A stretch of 64,000 bases of DNA, taken from Paraspadella gotoi (Eukaryota > Animalia > Chaetognatha). This document shows, piece after piece, positions 41,878 to 53,600 of this stretch. The stretch is taken from the NCBI GenBank assembly GCA_051294375.1, contig CM119263.1, positions 16,769,777 through 16,833,776 on the forward strand. Direction: 5' to 3'. The notes under the pieces were generated by a model. It had not been told where the DNA came from. It worked only from the letters and a program-made list of their open reading frames with translations, and searched no databases. The first letter of the stretch is position 1. Every line of letters starts with the position of its first letter. A program made the position numbers and the translations under genes.

Positions 41878-44800
41878 ATGACGACGCCTCCGCCGAATTC
41901 CGCTTTCTCCGTCTTCGCCGACTCAAAAACCGCTTTCGATTTTGCCGAATCGGGTTCCGGTGACGACTCGCTCACTCCGACGCGGCGCCGACGCGATTTG
42001 CCGGCGCGCCCGATCAAGTCCGCGTCGACGGCGGTCGATCGCCTTTCGTCAGACTCGAAACCGCGGACTTCCGACCTTTCGGTCTCCGGACAGCGTCAAT
42101 CCAGTCACGGCGTCTCCCGTGCGGCGTCTTCGGCGTCGACAGCTGCGGCGTTCCAGCAGCTCCGTTCGTCGAACGTCTCGACTTCCTCTTCGTCGCTGCT
42201 GGCGTCGTCCTCGGCGTCATCTATGTCGTCGTCGTCGTCCCCCGTATCGAAACGGTCCGTCGAGGCTTCGGCAGCCGATTCTCTGGCACCCGCTGCCCAT
42301 CCTCCGCTTAAGCAGCAGTTGAGCCAAGGGTTGCTGCGACAGCCGCAACAGCAGCAGCACATCGAGAGGTCGCTCTCGACGCCCGATGATAAACGCAAGG
42401 TGTTGAGGCTTAGTTGTTAAAGTTGTCAGTTGTCAGTTGTTCGTAAGAAAATTGAAATAGAGCAAAATTGATTTTTTTCACACTCTTTCTCTCTTTCTTT
42501 CGCTCTCTACATCATCATCATTTTCAACAATAACGATTAAACATCATCATCGACAGCTGAAGCGAAGAAAAACTTGTTTTCGATCGACTCTCATTCGAAT
42601 TTACTTCGATTTTTCTATTTCAGCCCGACGTGACTCAAGTACAGCACAATTTTCCCCAACGCCATCTTCCGCTGCAAAAGAAGCAACAGTTATTGCAACA
42701 GCAAATGTTGCAGCGAACGGACGACAGCGGCATCGCCATGTCGCCCTCCTCCTCTTCGACGAGTAAGTGTTCCACCCCTCAACCGAATGCCGATCTTAGT
42801 AACGATTATGAGGTAAATTCATTGTTACTTTGCTTGTTTCAAACCAGTCGCTGCGATGGGCGAGGACTCCCCACTTTCCCCCGCATCTGTTGTCTCCGCA
42901 ACGACGTCTACTCTCGTGGCTTCGCCGGAAGTTGACGCCGAAAAGACGGCGCCGGCTAAAGAGCCATCGACAGCGCCGCCGCAAGCAGCAGCGACGCCGC
43001 GCGGACGCCGTCGGCGCCTGAGAAGAGGAAATCGTAAACAAAAGAGCCGGAACGAGGGGGGAGGAGGAGATGGAGGGGAGGACGAGGGGTGGGAGATAGT
43101 GGAAGGTTTGAAAGAGGGCCATAGATGGACTGAGGAGCCCAAGAGAGTCGACGGGTAAGTTTATGGTCTTGGTTTTTTTTATTGAACGTAACACTGATTA
43201 AAGCGGGTCAAAAAAGATGGTGGACGGAGCTAGATACTTTAGTAGGGACGACTGTTTTACTCTGAACTTAATGGTCCTGGGTTCTAGCTCAGGTCGGAAC
43301 GCTCTTTGTAAAAAGAGTAATTGGCTGGTAGCAAACCTACCGCCGAATCAGAAGTCCCGTAAAGCAAAGCAACTGATTGAAAAATCTCCCAGACCCGTCA
43401 TCGGGCATGGCGAATTACTTTGTCTGTTTTTAAGCGAACTGGGAAAGCGTCGCAAGTGGCCGCTGAAGGGATGGCACAAAAGGTTCTTCGTGTTGGAGAA
43501 AGGAATCCTCACCTACGCCAAGACGCCGGCCGATGTCGCTAAGGGAAAGGTGCACGGCGTCATGGATCTCGGATTGTCTGTCCTCTCCGTTAAAGGGAGA
43601 GGGTTTAGGATCGACATAGACAACGAGGAGAATATTTACCACATGAAGGTGAGTAAAATATTAAAAAGAAAAAAAAGAGAAAAAAAAATTCGCCGTAAAC
43701 AAACTTACCCCAAGGCCAAAGATCGCGCCGAGTTTGACTATTGGGTTTCTTGCCTTCGACGCCATCGCCTTTATCGTCAAAACGAGATTGCGTACGGATC
43801 TCGCGATGCCCCCAGATTGACCACCGATGTGGCATCGGCGTCGTCCTCGCCGACTTCACCTGTGCAGGGGGCGTCGCCGTTGGTTGCTCCCGGTCTGGCG
43901 GCGTCGGGAGCAGCGACGGCAAAGGACGAGAAAGGAATGGCCGAATTAATCTTTGAACCTTCTGTCAAGGTGGGGGAATATAATTTATTTTTAATTTACC
44001 ATTTTAAATATAAATCGTATATAATTTTAAATAAAGGATTTTCGCTCAAAGCCCGAGTCGCTCGCCCGAGAGGGCTCAGTCAAAACTCCTTCATCGGCCA
44101 ACCCGCTTCTCCTGCAACCCCCTTTCCGCCGCGGCTCGGTTCTTGGCTCCAGCGGGCAGACTCATTTGGCGACCTTCTTGCTTGACTCTGATGCTCTAGA
44201 TCGAAGTAACAAAGACCTTGCCGCTTGTCAAGCTCAGATCTTTCAGCTGACGACCACCTTGGATCAAATGCAGGCGGTAATGGCCGATGCCAACACCGCT
44301 GCCACGGCAGCCAGGTGATCTACAAACTCACCTAATAGTTCGTGATCTGAGGTACGGTTAGAGAAAACAATTTTAAATCCAAAACTGTATTGTAACAGGG
44401 CCGGTTTGGAAAATCGTGGGCATTCGGAAGACGCCGATTCTCAAAAGCACAACAACAGATCCTCTCCTTTCAAGTTAATGCTAGAAAAAAGAAGAAGCTT
44501 GGAGAACAACAACAACGACAACGGCAACCTCAGCGCCGACAGTAATCGTCAAAATTCCATCCCTAACATCGCTCTTCACACCGCCCCCAGTTCTGCAGCA
44601 AGGTTACTATTTTCTAATAGTAATACATAAATAATACGAAAATAACCCACACTAATAATTACTGAAAGGACCAAGTTAATTAAATGTTATTTATAATTAT
44701 ATCAATTCCTATATCACAGTTAAATAACATACCAGTCTTGGCGTCGTCCCAATATTGTTGGATAAAACTAATGTGCAGATTCTCTTGGGCTTTTCAAATG

Positions 44801-47787
44801 GCTGCTACAAATGGTGAAACGAAGTACTAACTTGAGTCTTGACGTTGGAAGGGAAAATTATCACGGACTTTTTGGGCGTATTAGATGCATGATTTCTCAC
44901 GAAAAAGTAAAAAAAAGTGGACTTCTGTCAAGAAAAGGGAAAAAAGCAGACTAATCTTTTAGTGAATCGAAAAACAAAACAAAAAGAGCAATGGCATATC
45001 TCTTAAAACAAAATTAAAATATTTTATAAATATCCTAAAACGATTGAACCACAGATCTTCGTCTCCGGCTTCCAATAACCGTCTCTCTTCCTCCGCCTCA
45101 TCCTCTTCTTCCTCCCAAGATCCTTTTCTCCTACTTCTCCTTCAAGAGCAAAAACAGCGGAGCGAGTTCGTCAACACTTCAAAGTCTCTCCACGACAAAC
45201 TCCGCCAACTCGTCCGTGGCGTCTCCACGGAACGGGATCGTCTCAAGAGGGCGCTGGAGCAAGATCACGGTGCCGCGCAGGTTTGTGGCGTAGCTGCTAT
45301 TACTAATAGTATTAGGAGAGCTAGGTTAAAACATTTTTTTTTAAATGGCAATAATTAGTTTTCTTTTTTTTCCCTTATTTTCTTTCTTTCCTTTCAGACA
45401 AACCAAATGGCCGAACTCCGTCTGCTGCTACAATCGCTCCTTCAGCAGAACCAGGAGTTACGGACGCGACTGTCGAGAATCTCTGCGGAGGCCGACCTGT
45501 CCTCGACGCCGATGCTTCCCGTAGCTGGAGGGGGGTTGTCTTTTGCCATCAACGGCAGTAGCACCAATCTAAATAACAGGTAAACGATCACGAAATCTGT
45601 TAGTAAGCTACGTACGTGTGTAAGTCAATAATTCTTATTTTCCAAAATAAATAATCAAAATATTCGCTTTTCCTTTTGTCCAGCTTCCGCAGTACTACCT
45701 CCACGGCCGGAGCTACACCCACTCCGCCCTACCAATCTCCCTTGCCCTTCACCGGTTCCCTCATGAACCCACTCTCGGAGTTTTCAGTCGCCGCTGCAGC
45801 CGCCGCCTCGTCGCCAGATTCCGCGTTCCAGACGTCGCCGCGCCCGTCGCTGCACCTGCCGCAGTGGCAGCGCGGATCGCTTAGCCACCCACTGATGCAA
45901 AAGTCGTTCTCAGTGCAGAGCGAGACCCAGTCGGAGACGATGACCGAGTACTTCGATGCGGAGGAGACCAGAAGCTTGGAGACGGACGCATCTTCCTCAC
46001 AGGTTGGGTTTAAAAGTCAAGACGAGAGGGACTGGTTCGGTTCCTGAGGAGAACCTTCTCCCCTCTTTTAGAATCTACATTCTCTTTTAGAATCTACGTT
46101 CTCTTTTAGAATCCACGTTCTCGAATGAAATATTCGAGAATCGTTTTATTATATTTTGCTTATCGTGGAAAGTCAACTCATTATTAGGAGAGCGACGATG
46201 ACGAGGACGAAGACGCCCTCACTGACAGCGACGAGGACGACGCCGGATTGGCGAGCAGCCGAGACTCGCGCGCCACCTCGCGTCGATCGCTGACGGAGTC
46301 CGAGGCGCCGATGAGGGCGTTGACGGGCAAGAGGGAAAAGCTGCCCGCTCCGGCGCCGGACGTCGGAGGGCTGGCAGGTGAGTTAATAAATAAACAAATA
46401 AATAACTAAATGTCGATCGTCCAAGATATTTCTCACTCCCTTCCTTTGACTCAGGTCTGTGGAACATTTTGACCCGCAACGTTGGCAAAGACCTCGCTCG
46501 AGTCTCCATGCCGGTTTCTCTCAACGAGCCGCTGGGGATGCTACAGCGCCTCAGCGAAGAGCTAGAGTATTCGGAGCTGCTGGACCGCGCGGACACTGTC
46601 GACGATCCGCTGGATAGGATGATCCTCGTGGCAGCCTTCGCCGTCAGCCCCTATCACTTGACCTTCGCCCGTCCGGCGAGGAAACCCTTCAATCCTCTCC
46701 TCGGCGAAACCTTTGAGTTGGTCAGAGAGGACAAGGGATTCAGATACGTCGGGGAACAGGTTTAGTTTTGGTCTTTTCTTTTTAATTACTTAAATCGTTT
46801 AACTTACTTTTTCGATTTTACTTTTTTCTTTTTTTTTTTTTTGCTTGCTTGATTTCTTTATTTCTTTCTTTCTTTATCTCACCACAGTCTACACTAAATG
46901 AAGCCCAAATTCTTAAACCCTACCAGGTATCCCACCATCCCCCAATCTCGGCCTGCCACGCTGACTCTCGTCACTTCCGATTTTGGCAACACGTGCGGCT
47001 CAAGAACAAATTCTGGGGAAATCTTTGGAGATACAGCCCATGGGCGAGGTCAACGTGAGGCTTAGCAGCGTCAATGAGACGTGAGTTGGTTTTTTTGACA
47101 TATTTTCTTTCTCTTCTTTTAATTTTGTTCATATTTTTATATATTTTTTTGTACCGTCTAAGAAAAAAGTTTATCACATTTTAAGTAGAGGAACTTATTT
47201 TGGGTATTTTAGTTATTTGTTTTTATTTCAAATAGAGTTAGTTATTTTTTTTTTTTTTTTAATTTCGCAATGCTAAAGGCATTGCACCTCGTTTTTGTTA
47301 AAAAAAGTGTCATTTTAGCTCTCAGAAAAGAGGGAAAGACTTGCAACATCAATATCAGGGATGAAAAAAAATATGTTAAAAATGTAAAAAAAACTTTCTC
47401 TGTCATCCCTCAATTCGATGTAAGAGAGCATGCCCAATTGCCCATATGAATGCAGGCAGTAGTCGATGCCGAGGGAGAGAATACCAAATATTGAGAATGT
47501 TTTACTCATGTTTTCTATATTTTTTATTGAATAAATGAACTTTTCAACCGTTATGAGATATACTTTTTTCTTATATAGTTTTTTCTTTTCTTTAATTTTT
47601 GATTTTTTATATTTTTTTTTTTTTTAGTTCAAAACTACTGATTAAGCAATTAAGCGAAATATATATTTTTCACCTTTTTCAGATACACTTGGAACAAAGT
47701 CACAACCTGCGTCCACAACATTCTCGGTGGACAAAAGTGGGCGGACAACTACGGAGACATGGAGATCGTTTCTGACAACGGAGTCAG
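41878..47787 (+). CDS. OSBPL6-like: Oxysterol-binding protein-related protein (ORP3/6/7 class), exons 1-14, first assembled copy: 41878-42399, 42624-42762, 42848-43154, 43435-43648, 43715-43969, 44052-44314, 44399-44602, 45055-45280, 45398-45579, 45684-46002, 46188-46377, 46455-46759, 46927-47080, 47683-47787
   Basis: PH domain [24 protein letters not shown]; FFAT motif EYFDAEE; ORD motifs [37 protein letters not shown]. Phases are consistent except for a 1-bp G loss near 47015 (intact in copy 2). Confidence 0.9.
43225..43422 (+). mobile_element. Putative tRNA-derived SINE-like structured element in OSBP intron 3 (duplicate at ~52040-52237)
   Basis: T-arm/B-box-like CCTGGGTTCTAGCTCAGG. Downstream long-range stem AGTAATT/AATTACT encloses hairpins GGTAG/CTACC, AATCAG/CTGATT and CCCG/CGGG. 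Confidence 0.35.
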
Positions 47788-48818
47788 GTGAAGAGTATTC
47801 GTCGAGGATGGTGATGTCGGTGATTCTATGCTGGAGTGGAGTGGAGTGAAGGTTGTGATCTCAGAAATGAGGATGGTGATTTCTTTTTCGTTATCGTCGT
47901 TTATCCCATTCTGTCGTCAGTCACTTAAGTAATAAGTAATAACTCCTCTCCTATCATTAATAACTCATGATAGCTGCCAAGGAAAGGGCTATGAATAATA
48001 AATATCAATCGATGAATAATAAATGAATACACACGTGGTGAAATATTTTATTTATCAATGAATAAATATTCAAATGAATAAAAGTCCGAAGATGAATTTT
48101 CACGTAAGTTTCTTCCCGACAACATTTCNNNNNNNNNNNNNNNNNNNNNNNNNAGGGCTGTAGCTAAAACTATGAGGTCAGGTGGTCGAATAATGGGCAG
48201 TGAACTTGATCGTCGTTGTCGGTGTTGTGGTCGTTGGTTGTTGTTGTTGTCATCGTCACTTGATCTGCTACACACCATTAATTAAAAAAAATATTTTGTT
48301 TTTAATTTTCGTAGTAGGCTATATTTATATATAGTACTATAGTACTATCCTAAAATTTCAAAATGGACTTTTCTTAATTTTGCTGGCAGATTTAAATTCC
48401 TCGTCAAAAGTTGATGAAAAAAAATATAACTCATTTTTAAAAAAATCTTTCATTTAGTAGTTTAAAAATAAAAAAAATATATTTAATATACAAAAATTTA
48501 ATTTTCAGCTAAAAATATAGTTTTTCCTATTTTTGACCAACTTAATGAAATAATTTTTTTAAAAGAGAGTTATATTTCTTATTAACTACTTTTATTACGA
48601 ATCCAAATCTACAAAACAATCTTATAAAAAAACATTTTAAAATTTTAACATTTAAAGCGTTAGTAGTTGTCAGTTTAAATTATTTAATTCCCTATGATTT
48701 AAATTTATCAATATTTATCAAATAACTAATTGAGTGAATGACTCCGCGGAGGCCCAAAATTAATTTTTATCTTTTCACTCAAAGATAAAGGCAGAATTTT
48801 TCTCTGTTACGGACAGCT

Positions 48819-48891
48819 GGCGCCATGGCTTAGTTGGTTAAAGCGCCTGTCTAGTAAACAGGAGATCCCGATTCGAATCTCGGTGGTGCCT
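48819..48891 (+). tRNA. tRNA-Thr(AGT), duplicate copy with 1-nt deletion in T-stem
   Basis: Identical to 39993-40066 except GAGTTCG>GATTCG; lies in the duplicated block. Confidence 0.7.
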
Positions 48892-49370
48892 TTTTTACTT
48901 TCTAATGTTTTTAGAAAATATTTATTAGGGTATTGTCGCTGATTGCTATATTGTTCGCATTCGCAAATTACTGAATAAAGAAAATATTGTTACAGCTAGA
49001 AATAGTTTTACTGGTGTTTCTGTTTTTGTATGAAGTTGCAGCAATAAATATAAAATTATCCAATCATTCAATAAATAAGCAAGACCATGCAAGCTTTCAA
49101 ACAACACTTTCAAGAAAAGCTTATCAACTTCCAGAGTACACGGCTTCCCTATATAGTATATATCAATAAAACTGTATGATGTTTTTAAGAAATGTTGTCA
49201 TACTTTTAAGTTGTTTCGAATAAGCGGGACAATTACAAACATACCCAGCAATGTGACTAAATTACAAAATTAAATAATATTTGATGTGATAAATATAAGA
49301 AAATATTTTTCTATGAAAATCTTAAAATTTTTCATAAATAAAACGGTTCTGTCGAAGGGTTTCCTCAACT

Positions 49371-49460
49371 GCCTCGGTAGCGCAGTAGGAAGCGCGTCAG
49401 TCTCATATTGAATAATCCGGAGTTATCTGAAGGTCGTGAGTTCGATCCTCACCCGGGGCA
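49371..49460 (+). tRNA. tRNA-Met(CAT) with 17-nt intron, duplicate copy
   Basis: Identical to 40550-40639; lies in the duplicated block. Confidence 0.75.
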
Positions 49461-49709
49461 ATATTTTTAGTCGCTGAAGACTGAATTTTAACAAATTTTA
49501 TTACCAAGAAATAAATTAATTATTAAATTATTTAAGAAACACTGAACAGTTTATGTATTGAAATGTTAAAACTACAAATAAAACAGATTAAATTTGCTAT
49601 ATCTATCATTTCATGTAATTCATTTTTTTTCATGGTTGTATCGTTGCAAACATTAAACATTATAAAGATCTATAATAAAAACAACAGTAAATGGCCTACA
49701 AAAGGTTAG

Positions 49710-49781
49710 CGCCCAATAAGGACTTGAACCCTTGACCCTCAGATTAAAAGTCTGATGCTCTACCGACTGAGCTAACCGGGC
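49710..49781 (-). tRNA. tRNA-Lys(TTT), duplicate copy with 1-nt deletion
   Basis: Same as 40888-40960 with one base missing in the T-stem. Confidence 0.7.
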
Positions 49782-50696
49782 CCTCTGCCGGAGGAAAGAC
49801 TTACGAACTTTAAATCTTTATGTTATTGAATACAGCTTTTTAAAAGGAAATATATCGTGTAAGTTAAAAATTAAAAAATAATTATATAATTGAATATTAT
49901 GTGGAAGAAACATTTAAAATAAACAATTAGCGATTCGTAAATTTTCAGAAATTGATCTTTTTTTTAAAAGCCAGGTTCCGCCAGAGGGATTCCAGGAGCA
50001 CTTAATTCTTCTTGGGTAACTCGGTTGCTGGCTCAGCCCATGTACTAAAAAAAACTTTATCGCTTTGGGTACTATTATTACATTGAAAGACTAACGCTTG
50101 ATATCGGGTTCTTAAATATTAGCGGAATCCCAATTTTTTCATTGATTTAGAGATAACAAATGAGCCGCTTTCTTGAGTAGAACTCAATATTGTACGATGA
50201 CTACATAACCCAAATTCCCTCACAGGGTATAAGTTCTCGCGTTTCAGCCTCTCGTGAATCTTCGCTTATTTACTCAGTCTGGCGCTATCACGTACCTTCG
50301 CGCCGTCCTCTTCCAAGCATTCCGCTTCCAAGCATTCCTCGCACAAGCTATTCGCTTCGGAGATGTTCTAATATTATTCAATGCCATTCGATTCACTCGA
50401 TTCTTCGATCTCAATGCCTCTCCCAATCCATCAATCTTCCGTCGTTTCTTTAACTGAAATCTCGTGCATCTCTTACATCATTACCATCAGAGAGATAGAC
50501 AACTTATTTACGACGTCCTTCTCATCGTTTCGACGCTAAATATACCAAATTGAGGCGCCGGAGGCTCGACCACGGACGAGGCCTTTCGTACGAAACTACC
50601 TTGGTCACACGACGACACCTTACCCCGCGCCAAGAACAACCTTCACGCTTCCTAGGCCACGCCACCGCCTGATAGGCCACGCCCACGGAAAAAATT

Positions 50697-53600
50697 ATGA
50701 CGACGCCTCCGCCGAATTCCGCTTTCTCCGTCTTCGCCGACTCAAAAACCGCTTTCGATTTTGCCGAATCGGGTTCCGGTGACGACTCGCTCACTCCGAC
50801 GCGGCGCCGACGCGATTTGCCGGCGCGCCCGATCAAGTCCGCGTCGACGGCGGTCGATCGCCTTTCGTCAGACTCGAAACCGCGGACTTCCGACCTTTCG
50901 GTCTCCGGACAGCGTCAATCCAGTCACGGCGTCTCCCGTGCGGCGTCTTCGGCGTCGACAGCTGCGGCGTTCCAGCAGCTCCGTTCGTCGAACGTCTCGA
51001 CTTCCTCTTCGTCGCTGCTGGCGTCGTCCTCGGCGTCATCTATGTCGTCGTCGTCGTCCCCCGTATCGAAACGGTCCGTCGAGGCTTCGGCAGCCGATTC
51101 TCTGGCCCCGCTGCCCATCCTCCGCTTAAGCAGCAGTTGAGCCAAGGGTTGCTGCGACAGCCGCAACAGCAGCAGCACATCGAGAGGTCGCTCTCGACGC
51201 CCGATGATAAACGCAAGGTGTTGAGGCTTAGTTGTTAAAGTTGTCAGTTGTCAGTTGTTCGTAAGAAAATTGAAATAGAGCAAAATTGATTTTTTTCACA
51301 CTCTTTCTCTCTTTCTTTCGCTCTCTACATCATCATCATTTTCAACAATAACGATTAAACATCATCATCGACAGCTGAAGCGAAGAAAAACTTGTTTTCG
51401 ATCGACTCTCATTCGAATTTACTTCGATTTTTCTATTTCAGCCCGACGTGACTCAAGTACAGCACAATTTTCCCAACGCCATCTTCCGCTGCAAAAGAAG
51501 CAACAGTTATTGCAACAGCAAATGTTGCAGCGAACGGACGACAGCGGCATCGCCATGTCGCCCTCCTCCTCTTCGACGAGTAAGTGTTCCACCCCTCAAC
51601 CGAATGCCGATCTTAGTAACGATTATGAGGTAAATTCATTGTTACTTTGCTTGTTTCAAACCAGTCGCTGCGATGGGCGAGGACTCCCCACTTTCCCCGC
51701 ATCTGTTGTCTCCGCAACGACGTCTACTCTCGTGGCTTCGCCGGAAGTTGACGCCGAAAAGACGGCGCCGGCTAAAGAGCCATCGACAGCGCCGCCGCAA
51801 GCAGCAGCGACGCCGCGCGGACGCCGTCGGCGCCTGAGAAGAGGAAATCGTAAACAAAAGAGCCGGAACGAGGGGGAGGAGGAGATGGAGGGGAGGACGA
51901 GGGGTGGGAGATAGTGGAAGGTTTGAAAGAGGGCCATAGATGGACTGAGGAGCCCAAGAGAGTCGACGGGTAAGTTTATGGTCTTGGTTTTTTTTATTGA
52001 ACGTAACACTGATTAAAGCGGGTCAAAAAAGATGGTGGACGGAGCTAGATACTTTAGTAGGGACGACTGTTTTACTCTGAACTTAATGGTCCTGGGTTCT
52101 AGCTCAGGTCGGAACGCTCTTTGTAAAAAGAGTAATTGGCTGGTAGCAAACCTACCGCCGAATCAGAAGTCCCGTAAAGCAAAGCAACTGATTGAAAAAT
52201 CTCCCAGACCCGTCATCGGGCATGGCGAATTACTTTGTCTGTTTTTAAGCGAACTGGGAAAGCGTCGCAAGTGGCCGCTGAAGGGATGGCACAAAAGGTT
52301 CTTCGTGTTGGAGAAAGGAATCCTCACCTACGCCAAGACGCCGGCCGATGTCGCTAAGGGAAAGGTGCACGGCGTCATGGATCTCGGATTGTCTGTCCTC
52401 TCCGTTAAAGGGAGAGGTTTAGGATCGACATAGACAACGAGGAGAATATTTACCACATGAAGGTGAGTAAAATATTAAAAAGAAAAAAAGAGAAAAAAAA
52501 ATTCGCCGTAAACAAACTTACCCCAAGGCCAAAGATCGCGCCGAGTTTGACTATTGGGTTTCTTGCCTTCGACGCCATCGCCTTTATCGTCAAAACGAGA
52601 TTGCGTACGGATCTCGCGATGCCCCCAGATTGACCACCGATGTGGCATCGGCGTCGTCCTCGCCGACTTCACCTGTGCAGGGGGCGTCGCCGTTGGTTGC
52701 TCCGGTCTGGCGGCGTCGGGAGCAGCGACGGCAAAGGACGAGAAAGGAATGGCCGAATTAATCTTTGAACCTTCTGTCAAGGTGGGGGAATATAATTTAT
52801 TTTTAATTTACCATTTTAAATATAAATCGTATATAATTTTAAATAAAGGATTTTCGCTCAAAGCCCGAGTCGCTCGCCCGAGAGGGCTCAGTCAAAACTC
52901 CTTCATCGGCCAACCCGCTTCTCCTGCAACCCCCTTTCCGCCGCGGCTCGGTTCTTGGCTCCAGCGGGCAGACTCATTTGGCGACCTTCTTGCTTGACTC
53001 TGATGCTCTAGATCGAAGTAACAAAGACCTTGCCGCTTGTCAAGCTCAGATCTTTCAGCTGACGACCACCTTGGATCAAATGCAGGCGGTAATGGCCGAT
53101 GCCAACACCGCTGCCACGGCAGCCAGGTGATCTACAAACTCACCTAATAGTTCGTGATCTGAGGTACGGTTAGAGAAAACAATTTTAAATCCAAAACTGT
53201 ATTGTAAACAGGGCCGGTTTGGAAAATCGTGGCATTCGGAAGACGCCGATTCTCAAAAGCACAACAACAGATCCTCTCCTTTCAAGTTAATGCTAGAAAA
53301 AAGAAGAAGCTTGGAGAACAACAACAACGACAACGGCAACCTCAGCGCCGACAGTAATCGTCAAAATTCCATCCCTAACATCGCTCTTCACACCGCCCCC
53401 AGTTCTGCAGCAAGGTTACTATTTTCTAATAGTAATACATAAATAATACGAAAATAACCCACACTAATAATTACTGAAAGGACCAAGTTAATTAAATGTT
53501 ATTTATAATTATATCAATTCCTATATCACAGTTAAATAACATACCAGTCTTGGCGTCGTCCCAATATTGTTGGATAAAACTAATGTGCAGATTCTCTTGG

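Noticed and set aside
43217-44185. 322-aa ORF in the six-frame track, including polybasic insert [22 protein letters not shown]
   Set aside because: Read-through of OSBP introns. The 66-nt A-rich intron 43649-43714 happens to be stop-free and would interrupt the PH domain; no evidence of retention.
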